Assembly (NCBI GenBank): GCA_963695545.1
Contig: OY968796.1
Coordinates: 4,095,513-4,159,512, forward strand
Length of the DNA: 64,000 bases
Source: Terriglobia bacterium
Lineage (GTDB): Bacteria; Acidobacteriota; Terriglobia; Acidiferrales; UBA7541
Direction: 5' to 3'
Position numbers and translations under genes: made by a program. Shown here one piece after another: positions 20,092 through 31,026 of this stretch; within the stretch, counting starts at the first letter, position 1, and every line of letters begins with the position of its first letter. A model generated the notes under the pieces. That model did no database searches. It was not told the origin of the DNA and saw nothing but the letters and a program-made list of their open reading frames with translations.

Positions 20092-21708
20092 ATGGAACTT
20101 CACGGATACAGCATCATCGGCGGAGAAGCGAGTCGCGAGGGCAAAACTACTTTCCGCGGCGTGAATCCCGCGACTGGCGCGGCGCTCGACCCGGTTTTTT
20201 ACGAAGCCACTGAAGGTGAGATTAACCGCGCGCTCGCCCTGGCGGATCAGGCTTTCGCCACGTACCGCAAAATGCCGCCCGAGGCGATCGCGCGATTTCT
20301 GGACACTATCGCGACCGGCTTGGAAAACCTTGGCCCGGAACTGATCGCTCGGGCGCACGCGGAAACCGCGCTGCCCGAGCCGCGCTTGCTGGGCGAGCGA
20401 GCGCGCACCACAGTGCAACTTCGGATGTTCGCCGCGCTCATCCGCGAAGGATCGTGGCTTGACGCGCGCATCGACCGCGCCAATCCCGCGCGAACGCCCG
20501 TGCCCAAGCCCGACATGCGCCGGATGCTCCTACCGATGGGACCAATCGTGATTTTCGGCGCGAGCAATTTCCCGCTGGCATTTTCGGTGTGCGGCGGCGA
20601 CACCGCATCCGCGCTGGCTGCCGGCAACACGGTGGTTGTGAAAGGACACCCGGCGCATCCGGGCACGTCAGAGATGGCGGCGCGCGTGGTGCAGGACGCG
20701 ATTCGCGCGTGCGGCATGCCGCTGGGCACGCTTTCGGTGGTCAATGGACCGTCACCAGCGGTCGGACTCGCCCTCGTGAGGCATCCTCTGGCGCGCGCCA
20801 TTGGATTCACGGGATCGCTCGGAGGCGGCCGCGCGCTTTTTGACGCTGCGGCGGCGCGGCCGGTGCCGATTCCGCTGTTTGCCGAAATGGGGAGCATCAA
20901 CCCGGTGTTCGTGTTGCCGGGCGCGCTGAAATCGCGCGGTGCGGGCGTGGCGCAGAGCATGGCGAAATCAGTGACGCTGGGCGTGGGCCAATTCTGCACC
21001 AAACCGGGGCTCGCGCTCGGCGTGCGCGGGCCGGAGCTTGACGCGTTCACGGAAACTTTGAGCGACGAGATCGCGAACTCTCCCGCGGCCACCATGCTGC
21101 ATGCGGGAATCGCGGAGCATTATCGGAGAGGGCTCAGCAAGCGGCGCGGAATCGCGGGGATTCGCGTCGCGGGCAGCGCCGCTCCCGATTCGGCGAGCAC
21201 GTCCTCTGCGCCATCGAGCGAAAGGTCCGCCAGCGCATTTGCCGCCGTGCTCACGGCGGACGCGGATTTATTCGCGAAGGAACCGAGCTTGAGCGACGAA
21301 TTGTTCGGGCCCGCGACGCTTGTTGTACCCGCCGAATCGAAAGCGCGCCTGGAAGAAATTGCGCGGAACCTCGCGGGGCAACTCACCGTGACGATTCACG
21401 CTACAGAAGAAGACCTGAAAGAATTCGCCTCACTCGTCGACATTCTGCGCGAAAAAGCCGGGCGCCTGGTTTTTGGCACGATGCCCACGGGCCTTGAAGT
21501 CGGTCCGGCTACACAGCACGGCGGTCCCTATCCCGCGACGACGGACCCGCGCTTTACGTCGGTGGGCACGGCGGCGATTCTGCGCTTCGTTCGACCCGTG
21601 TGCTTCCAGGATTTTCCGCAAGCGTGGCTGCCAGAGGAACTGAAGGATGAAAACCCGCGCAAGATTGCGCGCATGCTTGACGGCGTGTGGACGCGCGATC
21701 CGATCTGA
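20092..21708 (+). CDS. NADP-dependent aldehyde dehydrogenase (alpha-ketoglutaric semialdehyde dehydrogenase-like)
   Basis: FGASNFPLAFS, GFTGS, EMGSINP, GQFCTKPG and ELFGP motifs. Confidence 0.88.
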   Translation: MELHGYSIIGGEASREGKTTFRGVNPATGAALDPVFYEATEGEINRALALADQAFATYRKMPPEAIARFLDTIATGLENLGPELIARAHAETALPEPRLLGERARTTVQLRMFAALIREGSWLDARIDRANPARTPVPKPDMRRMLLPMGPIVIFGASNFPLAFSVCGGDTASALAAGNTVVVKGHPAHPGTSEMAARVVQDAIRACGMPLGTLSVVNGPSPAVGLALVRHPLARAIGFTGSLGGGRALFDAAAARPVPIPLFAEMGSINPVFVLPGALKSRGAGVAQSMAKSVTLGVGQFCTKPGLALGVRGPELDAFTETLSDEIANSPAATMLHAGIAEHYRRGLSKRRGIAGIRVAGSAAPDSASTSSAPSSERSASAFAAVLTADADLFAKEPSLSDELFGPATLVVPAESKARLEEIARNLAGQLTVTIHATEEDLKEFASLVDILREKAGRLVFGTMPTGLEVGPATQHGGPYPATTDPRFTSVGTAAILRFVRPVCFQDFPQAWLPEELKDENPRKIARMLDGVWTRDPI

Positions 21709-21724
21709 CCAGCCATCTCCACCG

Positions 21725-22024
21725 TTAGACGGGCTCGACCGTGAGTTTTAAGCCCACCGCTTTCGTGACGGCGACGAGTGTGGACAGGCGAGGGTTGCCG
21801 CTGGCGGAGAGCGCGCGATAAAGGCTTTCGCGCTCGACTCCCGCGGCCTTGGCCACTTTGGCAATGCCGCGCGCTTGGGCCAAATGACGCAAAGCGATCA
21901 AGAGAACGCGGGGCTCGTCGTGATCGTCCAGCGCGGCTTTTAGATACTCGGCGGCGAAGCTCGGGTCTTTCCGAAGCCGGCGAACCACGGCGTCGTCATG
22001 GGAAATGCTGGCTTTACGCTTCAT
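21725..22024 (-). CDS. Addiction module antidote protein (HTH antitoxin)
   Basis: ALRHLAQARGIAKVAKAAGVERESLYRALSASGNP signature. Confidence 0.88.
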   Translation of the reverse strand: MKRKASISHDDAVVRRLRKDPSFAAEYLKAALDDHDEPRVLLIALRHLAQARGIAKVAKAAGVERESLYRALSASGNPRLSTLVAVTKAVGLKLTVEPV

Positions 22025-22358
22025 CGATTTCCGACCTTCTTTTGTAATCCCGCCAATGCGCTAGCGCCCGATCAATATCGGACGATTGCTTTCTCTTGTC
22101 GCCGCCGCACAGCAGCAATACACAGTGCTTTCCCGCCATCGCGTAATAAATTCGGTAGCCCGGGCCCCAATCGATTCGCAACTCATACACGCCGTCACGC
22201 ACGTACTTGCAATCTGCAAAATTGCCGAGGGCCAGCCGGTTGATTCGGACGGCGATCTTGGCCTGCGCTCGCGAGTCCGCCAATCGCGTCAGCCAGTCGT
22301 CGAATACATGTTTTCCGGACGGGCTGACGTACTGCCGAATCTCGATCGCGCCTTCCAT
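22014..22358 (-). CDS. Addiction module killer protein (RelE/ParE-like toxin)
   Basis: GNFAD.K...GVYELRIDWGPGYRIYY...LLLCGGDK; overlaps the antitoxin gene. Confidence 0.9.
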   Translation of the reverse strand: MEGAIEIRQYVSPSGKHVFDDWLTRLADSRAQAKIAVRINRLALGNFADCKYVRDGVYELRIDWGPGYRIYYAMAGKHCVLLLCGGDKRKQSSDIDRALAHWRDYKRRSEIDEA

Positions 22359-22402
22359 TGTAACTTATAGATTACAAATCGGCAAGCCCATGGCCGCGCC
22401 GC

Positions 22403-23683
22403 TTAATTTGCCATCGGCTCCGGGCCGCGCGTAGTGTCCAGGCCTTCAACGCGCGGCAGCTTCACGGTTTGGCCCGATGCGGCGGAGGCGTAGACAGCCT
22501 CGATCAGCTTCATATCCTGAAGTCCTTCTTCGCCGGGCGTGCGCGGCTTCACGTCGTTGCGGATGCACAGCGACAGATGATCGAGTTCCGCGGCGAAGTG
22601 ATCGGTGTCGCCGATCCTCAACTCGGCGAGAATTCCTTTTCCGCTGATCGAGTGATCCTCATACAGGCGCAGGCCGCTGTAAGAATAGGCTTGATCGAGA
22701 TGCAAAACGGCCATGTCGCTTTGCACGCTGAAAATTTTCGTGTTGTGCATCGCGTAGCTCGTGGAGCAAGTGGCCATCACGCCCGACGGAAATAGCATCG
22801 TCCAGTAGACCGACTCCTCAACGTCCTTGAAGCGCGGATCGCCGGGCGTGGTGTAAATGCGCGCGTTCAACTCGATGGGTTCTTCACCCAGCGTGAATCG
22901 CGAGGCGTTCAGGCAATAAACTCCGATGTCGTACATCGCGCCGCCGCCCGCGAGCACCCGGCGCAGGCGCCATTGCGCGGGATCGCCCATGTTCTGGCCG
23001 TTGAATGCGGTGATGGCTTTTATTTTGCCGATTTCCCCGCTGCGGACCATGCGCACGATTTCACGACAGTGCGGCTCGTATTGCATGCGGTAGCCAATCA
23101 TCAGTTTGCGATTGGCCGCGGCGCAAGCGCGCACCATGTCTTCGGCTTCGGCGGCGGTTGCGGACATGGGCTTCTCGCAGAGTACGTGTTTGCCGGCGGC
23201 CGCGGCTTTCAGCACGTGTTCGTGATGCAGCGCGTTCGGCGTGACCACGTAAATGGCTTGGATGGATTGATCGTCGCGAATGCGATCGAAATCGCCGTAG
23301 CCGTAGATTTTATTTTCCTGCAGGCCGTACTGCGAGGCCAGCACGCGCGCCTTCTCCGGCGAGCCGCTGATCAGCGCGACGAGCTTCGCGTGTTTGGCTC
23401 GGCCGAACGCGGGCATGATCTGCTCGGTGGCCAAGCGGCCGAGTCCGAGAATCGCGAAGCCGATGCGTGCGTCCGGCGGATCTTGATTCGGCGGCGCCCC
23501 GAACGGCGCGCCGCCCTCGATGGTTGAGCCCTCGGAGGGAAATTCGATTTTGCCGTCCTGCACCATTCCGGTGTCAAACGGCGATTCCGGAATATTCTCC
23601 TGCGCCGCTTCGCCGGGCGCCGCCAATGCTCCCGAGAGCGCCACGAGCGCGCCACCGCGTTTGATGAATGTTCGACGATCCAT
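22403..23683 (-). CDS. Tat-exported Gfo/Idh/MocA oxidoreductase (glucose-fructose oxidoreductase-like)
   Basis: Twin-arginine signal DRRTFIK; GLGRLA, HVLCEKP and GGGAMYDIGVY motifs. Confidence 0.88.
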   Translation of the reverse strand: MDRRTFIKRGGALVALSGALAAPGEAAQENIPESPFDTGMVQDGKIEFPSEGSTIEGGAPFGAPPNQDPPDARIGFAILGLGRLATEQIMPAFGRAKHAKLVALISGSPEKARVLASQYGLQENKIYGYGDFDRIRDDQSIQAIYVVTPNALHHEHVLKAAAAGKHVLCEKPMSATAAEAEDMVRACAAANRKLMIGYRMQYEPHCREIVRMVRSGEIGKIKAITAFNGQNMGDPAQWRLRRVLAGGGAMYDIGVYCLNASRFTLGEEPIELNARIYTTPGDPRFKDVEESVYWTMLFPSGVMATCSTSYAMHNTKIFSVQSDMAVLHLDQAYSYSGLRLYEDHSISGKGILAELRIGDTDHFAAELDHLSLCIRNDVKPRTPGEEGLQDMKLIEAVYASAASGQTVKLPRVEGLDTTRGPEPMAN

Positions 23684-23798
23684 GTGTAAGCCTCCGATTT
23701 CGCGGCATCGCGGCCGCGACAACGGCGGGATGATACCAACAATCGGGGCGCGGAGATATCGGGGAGCGGAAATATGGCGGAGCGTGTGCCGGAGGGCG

Positions 23799-25910
23799 TT
23801 ACGTCAGTGCCGCGTTGCGTACACCGGTTTCGAGCAACTTCGCGAACTCCGCGGGATGCACGGGCCGTCCGAAATAATAGCCTTGCGCCTCGTCGCATTG
23901 GTGCGTCTGAAGAAAGGCCAACTCTTCTTGCGTCTCGACGCCCTCGGCGACCACGCGCAGATTCAAGCTGCGGCCCATGCTGATGATCGCGGTCACGATC
24001 GTGGTTTCGTCGGGTGCGGTCGAGATTTGGCGCACGAAGGATTGGTCGATTTTCAGGGCGTCGATGGGAAATCTTCTCAGGTAGCTCAGGCTTGAGAATC
24101 CGGTTCCGAAATCGTCGATCGCCAGTTGCACGCCTTTTGCTCGGAGGGTTTGCAGAACGGATGCGGCGGATTCGGCGCGCTTCATTAGCACACTTTCGGT
24201 TAGTTCGAGTTCGAGAAATTTCGGGTCCAGGCCAGTGTCCTCGAGCGCCGCGAATATTCCCTCCAGAAAATCCTCGTGGCGGAACTCCATCGCGGAGATG
24301 TTCACCGCGATCGAATGAAGGGGCAGTCCCGCGTCTAGCCATTCCCGAGCTTGCTTGGACGCTTCCCGCAACACCCAGTTGCCGATCGGCAGAATCAACC
24401 CGCAATCTTCGGCCACGGGAATGAATTGGCCGGGAGAAACCGGTCCTCGCGTGGGATGTGTCCAGCGAATCAGCGCTTCGGCGCCGGTGATGGCTCCCGT
24501 GCGCAGGTTGATCTTCGGCTGATAGTGCAGCGAGAGCTCCTGCCGTTCGAGCGCGGTCCGCAAAGCTTCCTCGATGGATTGGCGCTCGACGGCGCGGACG
24601 TTCATCGCCGGCTTGAAGAATTGATAGCTCTGGCGGCCGTTTTCCTTGGCCTGATACATCGCGGTGTCCGCATTCTTGATCAGCGTCTCGGCGTCGAGTC
24701 CGTCGTCGGGATAGACGCTCACACCGATGCTCGTGGTGATGTGCAGCTCATGCTGGCCGACGGGATGCACTTCGGCCACAGCTTGCAGCATTCTCCGCGC
24801 GGTGATGGCCGCATCTTCGGAATGCTCCACTTCGGAAAGCAGCACGACGAATTCATCGCCGTCCTGCCGGCTGACGGTGTCCGATCCACGCACACAATCG
24901 ACCAAGCTCTCCGCGATGGATTGAAGAAGCTTGTCGCCAATAGCATGCCCCAGGGAATCGTTGATGTGCTTGAAGCCATCCAAATCCAAAAACAGTATCG
25001 CGACTTTTTTGGCGTGGCGCTGGGCCAAACTGATCACTTGATTCACGCGGTCACTCAAGAGCATGCGATTCGGCAAACCGGTCAGGAAATCGTGATGCGC
25101 CGAATGAATCATCTGCAGGGCCATGGCGCGTGCGGCACTCACGTCGCGAAAAACCACCACCGCTCCGTCAGCCTGTCCTGCGCGATCGTGGATCGGGGCA
25201 ACGGAGTCTTCAATCGGCGTTTCAAATCCGTCACGCCGCATCAGGATGCAGTTCGCGGGCAGATGCACAGTTCGATCCTGTTCGACGGCCATGGCCATTG
25301 GGTTCGGAACGGTCTCGCGGCTCTCGGTGTCTAGGATTTGCAACACGTCGCCCATGGCCCGGCCTCCGGCTTCCTCGCGCGACCATCCCGTCATTTTTTC
25401 CGCGACCAGATTGAGAAAGGTGATGTTGCCGGCGACGTCCGTGCAAATCACGGCGTCGCCGATGCAATTGAGTGTGACCTGCGCGCGTTCTTTTTCGACG
25501 AACAGCGCCTCCTCCATCGCCTTGCGCTCGACGGCGTAGCGCAGCGCGCGCAAGAGTCCGCGCGGATCGATCTGGCCTTTGATCAAGTAGTCTTGCGCGC
25601 CTTCTTGCAAAGCCTCCGCCGCCAGAGTCTCGTCATCGTAGCCTGTGAGCACCACCAGAGGCACGCGCGGCGCGATTGCTCGTGCGCGGCGCAGCGCACC
25701 CAATCCTTGCGCATCGGGCAACCCTAAATCGAGCAGCACAATGTCGAACGCGCGCTCCGCAAGATGTCGTTCGGCGTCACACATGGTTTCAGCGTGAGTC
25801 AACTCGGTCTTGTGCGCTCCCTCTTGCTCGCCGAGCATTTCGCGCAGCAGGCGGGCGTCTCCCGGGTTGTCTTCCACCAGGAGCAGCACTTTGAATGGCT
25901 TCCTGTTCAT
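23799..25910 (-). CDS. REC-PAS-GGDEF-EAL c-di-GMP signalling protein (GGDEF site reads DGDEF)
   Basis: Receiver domain, [29 protein letters not shown] and DDFGTG. Confidence 0.92.
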   Translation of the reverse strand: MNRKPFKVLLLVEDNPGDARLLREMLGEQEGAHKTELTHAETMCDAERHLAERAFDIVLLDLGLPDAQGLGALRRARAIAPRVPLVVLTGYDDETLAAEALQEGAQDYLIKGQIDPRGLLRALRYAVERKAMEEALFVEKERAQVTLNCIGDAVICTDVAGNITFLNLVAEKMTGWSREEAGGRAMGDVLQILDTESRETVPNPMAMAVEQDRTVHLPANCILMRRDGFETPIEDSVAPIHDRAGQADGAVVVFRDVSAARAMALQMIHSAHHDFLTGLPNRMLLSDRVNQVISLAQRHAKKVAILFLDLDGFKHINDSLGHAIGDKLLQSIAESLVDCVRGSDTVSRQDGDEFVVLLSEVEHSEDAAITARRMLQAVAEVHPVGQHELHITTSIGVSVYPDDGLDAETLIKNADTAMYQAKENGRQSYQFFKPAMNVRAVERQSIEEALRTALERQELSLHYQPKINLRTGAITGAEALIRWTHPTRGPVSPGQFIPVAEDCGLILPIGNWVLREASKQAREWLDAGLPLHSIAVNISAMEFRHEDFLEGIFAALEDTGLDPKFLELELTESVLMKRAESAASVLQTLRAKGVQLAIDDFGTGFSSLSYLRRFPIDALKIDQSFVRQISTAPDETTIVTAIISMGRSLNLRVVAEGVETQEELAFLQTHQCDEAQGYYFGRPVHPAEFAKLLETGVRNAALT

Positions 25911-26368
25911 GCGGCCGTTTTCGAGCGCGGAAGCTTGACCTTGGTCAGCCAGAAATCGTTAATGCTTCTCACTAAGGCCTCGAATGCGTCGAGCTGCACG
26001 GGCTTTGTCAGATAGCAATTCGCCTGCAGCTGGTAGCTTTTCGCGATATCCGCTTCGGAGTCGGAAGTCGTCAGGATCACCGTTGGAATCATCTTCAGAT
26101 CGGCATCCGCTTTGATATGAGCCAGGACCTCGCGGCCATCCATTTTGGGGAGATTAAGATCGAGCAAGATCAGATCGGGGCGAGGGGCGCGGATGTGCAT
26201 TCCCTCACGTCTTAGAAACGCCATGGCTTCGACGCCGTCCGCGGTCAGGTGCAAATGGATTTCAGGGTTGGCGTCTCGAAATGCTTCTTGCGTGAGCCTG
26301 GCATCGCCAGGGCTGTCTTCGACCAACAGAACTTCTATGGGCATACCGTCTCCTCCAATGATCTTCAC
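25907..26368 (-). CDS. Single-domain response regulator (Rcp1-like)
   Basis: [21 protein letters not shown] and ANCYLTKP. Confidence 0.9.
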   Translation of the reverse strand: MKIIGGDGMPIEVLLVEDSPGDARLTQEAFRDANPEIHLHLTADGVEAMAFLRREGMHIRAPRPDLILLDLNLPKMDGREVLAHIKADADLKMIPTVILTTSDSEADIAKSYQLQANCYLTKPVQLDAFEALVRSINDFWLTKVKLPRSKTAA

Positions 26369-26406
26369 GAAATCCTCTCAATCTCCAAATGGCGTTCTCG
26401 CGCCCC

Positions 26407-26868
26407 TCAAAGAAGCGGCGTCTGCGGCGGCAGCCTTGCGCTCGTCAGCCAAAAATCGCTGACGCTTTTCATCAGGCTTTCAAACGCCTCCAACTGTCCA
26501 GGCTTGTTGAGATAGCAACTGGCGTTGAGTTCGTAGCTCTTGTCGATATCGGACTCGGCGTCGGAAATGGTCAAGATAATTGTGGGAATCGTCTTAAGTA
26601 CGGCATCCGCCTTGATGTAAGCCAGAACCTCGCGGCCGTCCATTCTGGGCATATTCAGATCGAGCAAAATCAGATCCGGGCGCACGCAGGTGCCGCGGTT
26701 GCCTTCTTTTTTCAGAAAGGCGACGGCTTCGACGCCATCCGCAGCCACGTGAAGATGGACGGGAATCTTCGCGTCGCGAAATGCTTCCCGCGTAAGCCGG
26801 ACGTCGCCGGGACTATCTTCGACCAACAGAACTTCCTTGGGTTTGCCGTTTCCCTGGGTGTTTTGCAC
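26407..26868 (-). CDS. Single-domain response regulator (Rcp1-like)
   Basis: Paralogue of its neighbours; GAGAGG RBS before the GTG at 26868. Confidence 0.87.
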   Translation of the reverse strand: MQNTQGNGKPKEVLLVEDSPGDVRLTREAFRDAKIPVHLHVAADGVEAVAFLKKEGNRGTCVRPDLILLDLNMPRMDGREVLAYIKADAVLKTIPTIILTISDAESDIDKSYELNASCYLNKPGQLEAFESLMKSVSDFWLTSARLPPQTPLL

Positions 26869-26920
26869 AATTTCCTCTCTCGCCCCACCGGGCCGAATCG
26901 AGAAATATTCGATCTCCCAC

Positions 26921-27379
26921 TCACAAACTATGTGTTTGTTGCGGCAACTTGACCCGAGTAAGCCAAAATTCATCGATGCTCTTCACCAGACTCTCGAACG
27001 AATCGAGCTCGACGGGTTTTGTCAGGTAGCAATTGGCCTGAAGCTGGTAGCTCCTGGCGATGTCGGTCTCAGCCTCGGAAGTAGTCAGTATGATTGTGGG
27101 AATGGTTTTCAGAGTGGCGTTCCCTTTGATTTGGGCCAGCACTTCGCGGCCGTCCATCTTGGGAAGATTCAGATCGAGCAGAATGAGATCCGGGCGCGGT
27201 GCGTTGGCGCGGTTCCCTTCCTGCTTGAGAAACGTCATGGCCTCGACGCCGTCCGTTGCAATGTGCAGATGCAGTCCGGCGTTGGCTTCGCGAAAAGCTT
27301 CCTGCGTGAGCCGGACGTCGCCGGGGCTGTCTTCGACCAAAAGTACTTCGGTGGGCATGCCGTCTTTTCCGATCATCAT
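26921..27379 (-). CDS. Single-domain response regulator (Rcp1-like)
   Basis: Receiver motifs; ATGA overlap with the kinase gene. Confidence 0.9.
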   Translation of the reverse strand: MMIGKDGMPTEVLLVEDSPGDVRLTQEAFREANAGLHLHIATDGVEAMTFLKQEGNRANAPRPDLILLDLNLPKMDGREVLAQIKGNATLKTIPTIILTTSEAETDIARSYQLQANCYLTKPVELDSFESLVKSIDEFWLTRVKLPQQTHSL

Positions 27380-30300
27380 GATTTCTCCTGGATTTCCGCC
27401 AAGGCGAAGCTGAATGTCGAACCGTGCCCTGGCTCCGATTCGACTGAAATGTTGCCGCCGTGCCGCTCCACAATTTTCTTGCAGATGGCCAAGCCTATTC
27501 CGGTGCCCGCGAACTCTTCGCGTTTGTGCAGGCGTTGGAACATTCCGAAAATTCTTTCAAAGTATTGAGGATCAATCCCCAACCCGTTGTCCTTCACGGA
27601 AAAAGTCCACTTCGGTCCGCCGTTCTTCGTGGCGGAGACGTGCACGGTTGGGATTCCGCCTTTCTGATACTTGATGGCGTTGCCCACGAGGTTCTGAAAC
27701 AACTGGGTGAGCTGCATTTCGTCGGCCATCACCGAGGGCAAGGGATCGTGCGTCACCAGCGCGCCGCTGGCTTCGATCGAGCCGCGCAAATTGATCAGCG
27801 CCTGCCCCAGCGCTTCTTCGCTCGAGGTCGCGATCAAATCCTGTCCCTTGGTGCCTACGCGCGAATACGTCAGCAGATCCTGAATCAAGCGCTGCATGCG
27901 CGCGGCGCCATCCACCGCGAATGAAATGAACTCGTCGGCATCGGCGTCGAGTTTTCCTTTGTAGCGCCTGGAGAGAAGCTGCGTGTAACTGGCGACCATG
28001 CGCAGCGGTTCCTGCAAGTCGTGAGAGGCGATGTAGGCAAATTGTCCCAACTCGACGTTCGACCGGTTCAATTCTTCGACCTTTTCCAAAAGATGCGCTT
28101 CGGCCTGCCTGCGTGTGGTGATGTCACGAATCGCCGCGGTCACCAGAATTCCTTCCGCGCTTTCAAGCGGACTGAGCATCAACTCGATTGGAAACTCTGT
28201 GCCGTCCTTGCGCAGCGCGGTGAGCTCGATCCCCGTGCCGATCTGCTGCGCCAGCGCGTCTTCGGCGGAGCGCAGCGCGTCCGCAACCAGACGCTCGGCG
28301 AAGCCTTCGGGAATGATGTTTTTCACCTTCTGCCCGATCAGTTCATCGCGGCTGTAACCGAACTGAGTCTCCGCCTGAGCGTTCAGCAGCACGATCTCTC
28401 CCGTCGGATTCACCACCACCATCGCGTCCGGCGCCGCTTCGAGCAGCCCGCGGTAGCGGCCCTCCATCCGCGCCAGATGGTTCTCCGCTGCTTTGCGCAC
28501 GCTGATATCGCGAATCGCCGCGGTGATCAGGATTCCTTCCGAGCTCTCGAGCGGGCTGAGCATGATCTCGATCGGAAACTGGGTGCCATTTTTGCGCCGC
28601 GCGGTGAGCTCGAGTCCCATGCCGATCTGTTGCGCGAGGGCATCTGCCGCGGAGCGCGTGCCGTCAGCGATGATGCGTTCGGCGAATCCTTCCGGAATGA
28701 TGTTTTTCACTTTCTGCCCGACCAGTTCATCGCGGCTGTAGCCGAACTGCTTTTCGGCCTGAACGTTTAACAGCACGATCTCGCCGCCGGGGTTCACCAC
28801 CACCATCGCGTCCGGCGCCGCTTCGAGCAGCCCGCGATACCTGCCCTCCATCCGCGCCAGATGCTTTTCGGCTTCCTTGCGCACGCTGATGTCGCGGATC
28901 GCCGCGGTCACCAGAATTCCTTCGGCGCTTTCGAGCGGGCTCAGCATGATCTCGATCGGGAATTCGCTGCCATTTTTGCGCCGCGCAACCAGCTCGATGC
29001 CCGTGCCGATCTGCTGCGCCAGAGCATCCTCCGCGGTCCGGAGATCGTCCGCGACCAGGCGTTCCGCGAAACCTTCTGGAATGATGTTCTTCACTTTCTG
29101 GCCGATCAGTTCATCGCGGCTGTAGCCGAACTGCTTTTCGGCCTGAACGTTCAACAACACGATCTCGCCGCCGGGGTCCACCACCACCATCGCGTCCGGC
29201 GCGGCTTCCAGCAGTCCGCGGTAGCGGCCTTCCATGCGTGCAAGATGCTTTTCGGCTTCTTTGCGCACGCTGATATCGCGGATCGCCGCCGTCACCAGAA
29301 CTCCCTCGGCGCTCTCGAGCGGGCTCAGCATGATTTCGATCGGAAATTCGGTTCCGTTCTTGCGTCGCGCGATCAGCTCGATGCCCGTGCCGATCTGCTG
29401 TGCCAGAGCATCTTCAGCAGTCCTCAGATCGTCCGCGACCAGGCGTTCCGCGAATCCTTCCGGGATGATGTTCTTCACTTTCTGGCCGATCAGTTCATCG
29501 CGGCTGTAGCCGAATTGTTTCTCGGCCTGAACGTTCAACAGCACGATTTCTCCCGCCTGATTCACGACCACCATCGCATCCGGGGCCGCTTCGAGTAAGC
29601 CGCGATACCTGCCTTCCATTCGCGCTAAATGCTTCTCAGCTTCTTTGCGCACGCTGATGTCTCGAATCGCCGCAGTGACCAGGATTTCCCCGGCGCTTTC
29701 GAGCGGGCTCAGCATGATTTCAATCGGAAATTCGGTTCCGTTCTTGCGCCGCGCGATCAGCTCGATGCCCGTGCCGATCTGCTGGGCCAGCGCGTCAGCC
29801 GCAGACCTTAGATCGTCCGCGATCAAGCGTTCGGCGAAGCCCACCGGAATGATGTTCGTGACCTTTTGCCCCAGCAGTTCATCGCGGTGATATCCAAACT
29901 GTTTTTCCGCCTGCACGTTCACCAGCACGATTTCGCCGCGTTGATTCACCACGACCATCGCATCGGGCGCGGCTTCGAGAAGGCCGCGATACTTTGCGCC
30001 GGTTTCCTCGGTTGCGCTGATGTCCGTGTTCGTGCCGAACCAGCGCAATATCTTTCCTGTCGCGTCGCGAACCGGAACGGCTCGCGAAAGGGACAAATGG
30101 TAGGTGCCATCGCGGCCGCGGATTGGAAAGGTGTCTTCCCAAATTTCGCCGGTCTTAAAGCAATTCGTGATCTTGTCCACCACGGCCTGCACGTGGTCCG
30201 GATGATGGACCTTTTTCCAGCCCCAGCCCTGCATATCGTTGAGCGTCGTGCCGGTGTAATCGAACCACCGGTCGTTGTACCAAAAGATGTTGCCCTTATC

Positions 30301-31026
30301 GTCGGCCATCCAAGCCATTTGAGGAATGTTGTTCGCGAGCGTGCGGAAGCGGCCCTCTCCCTCAACCAGCGCGTCCTGCGCGAGCAGCAACGCTGAGTTA
30401 TCGCGATTCACGCTCCAGGCCGAGCCGATTGTGATCAACAGAGCCAACATCGTTCCGATTGCCACGATCATTTTCGTCTGGTGCAGGTGCCGCGCCGCGT
30501 CCGCATTGCGCAGCAATAACAATCTTTCCTCTTCCATCCTCATCTCGTGGAATGTCTCTCGAAACTGACCTATGATTTGCTCGCCCTGCGCATCTCCAAG
30601 GGCATTCGCGGCCGCTTGAGTTCCCTGGGAACGCCGCAAGCCCATGATTTTGTCGGCGTATTGGGCGTTCTGAGCGGCAACGCTTGCGAGGATCGGGATT
30701 TGGCGCTGCTGCACGGGGTTATCCGCGGTTAGGTCGCGAATGATCCCAATGTCCAGCTGGACGTTTGCGATGCTGGTGTGGCAGGCGTCGGCGTAGATTT
30801 CGTTGCCCGTCAAGGCAAACGCGCGGTAGTTCGATTCGACACTACGCACTGTAGAGATCAATCTCTGGAGATTCTCGAGGACCTCGTGCGTGTGGCTCAC
30901 CCAGCGGTCGCTGTCTCCGGCAACGACCGTGCCGTGATAGCAAATCACGGCGGCTATGAGCACGCTCAGAAAGGCGCACACGAAGGCGAGTTGCACCCGG
31001 CGATTCAAAAGAGACTTCGTCGTCAT
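27376..31026 (-). CDS. CHASE3 / multi-PAS sensor histidine kinase
   Basis: Two TM helices around CHASE3 (WVSHTHEVL); one divergent PAS plus five near-identical PAS domains; H-box ASHDLQEPLR, N-box NLVGNAIKY and G-boxes. Confidence 0.92.
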   Translation of the reverse strand: MTTKSLLNRRVQLAFVCAFLSVLIAAVICYHGTVVAGDSDRWVSHTHEVLENLQRLISTVRSVESNYRAFALTGNEIYADACHTSIANVQLDIGIIRDLTADNPVQQRQIPILASVAAQNAQYADKIMGLRRSQGTQAAANALGDAQGEQIIGQFRETFHEMRMEEERLLLLRNADAARHLHQTKMIVAIGTMLALLITIGSAWSVNRDNSALLLAQDALVEGEGRFRTLANNIPQMAWMADDKGNIFWYNDRWFDYTGTTLNDMQGWGWKKVHHPDHVQAVVDKITNCFKTGEIWEDTFPIRGRDGTYHLSLSRAVPVRDATGKILRWFGTNTDISATEETGAKYRGLLEAAPDAMVVVNQRGEIVLVNVQAEKQFGYHRDELLGQKVTNIIPVGFAERLIADDLRSAADALAQQIGTGIELIARRKNGTEFPIEIMLSPLESAGEILVTAAIRDISVRKEAEKHLARMEGRYRGLLEAAPDAMVVVNQAGEIVLLNVQAEKQFGYSRDELIGQKVKNIIPEGFAERLVADDLRTAEDALAQQIGTGIELIARRKNGTEFPIEIMLSPLESAEGVLVTAAIRDISVRKEAEKHLARMEGRYRGLLEAAPDAMVVVDPGGEIVLLNVQAEKQFGYSRDELIGQKVKNIIPEGFAERLVADDLRTAEDALAQQIGTGIELVARRKNGSEFPIEIMLSPLESAEGILVTAAIRDISVRKEAEKHLARMEGRYRGLLEAAPDAMVVVNPGGEIVLLNVQAEKQFGYSRDELVGQKVKNIIPEGFAERIIADGTRSAADALAQQIGMGLELTARRKNGTQFPIEIMLSPLESSEGILITAAIRDISVRKAAENHLARMEGRYRGLLEAAPDAMVVVNPTGEIVLLNAQAETQFGYSRDELIGQKVKNIIPEGFAERLVADALRSAEDALAQQIGTGIELTALRKDGTEFPIELMLSPLESAEGILVTAAIRDITTRRQAEAHLLEKVEELNRSNVELGQFAYIASHDLQEPLRMVASYTQLLSRRYKGKLDADADEFISFAVDGAARMQRLIQDLLTYSRVGTKGQDLIATSSEEALGQALINLRGSIEASGALVTHDPLPSVMADEMQLTQLFQNLVGNAIKYQKGGIPTVHVSATKNGGPKWTFSVKDNGLGIDPQYFERIFGMFQRLHKREEFAGTGIGLAICKKIVERHGGNISVESEPGHGSTFSFALAEIQEKS
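28100..29995 (-). repeat. Five tandem intragenic 384-bp (128-aa) PAS repeats
   Basis: YRGLLEAAPDAMVVV recurs five times at 384-bp spacing. Confidence 0.9.

Noticed and set aside
28021..29890. Repeating plus-strand ORFs suggesting an array
   Set aside because: Antisense shadows of the kinase's PAS repeats; not CRISPR and not independent genes.
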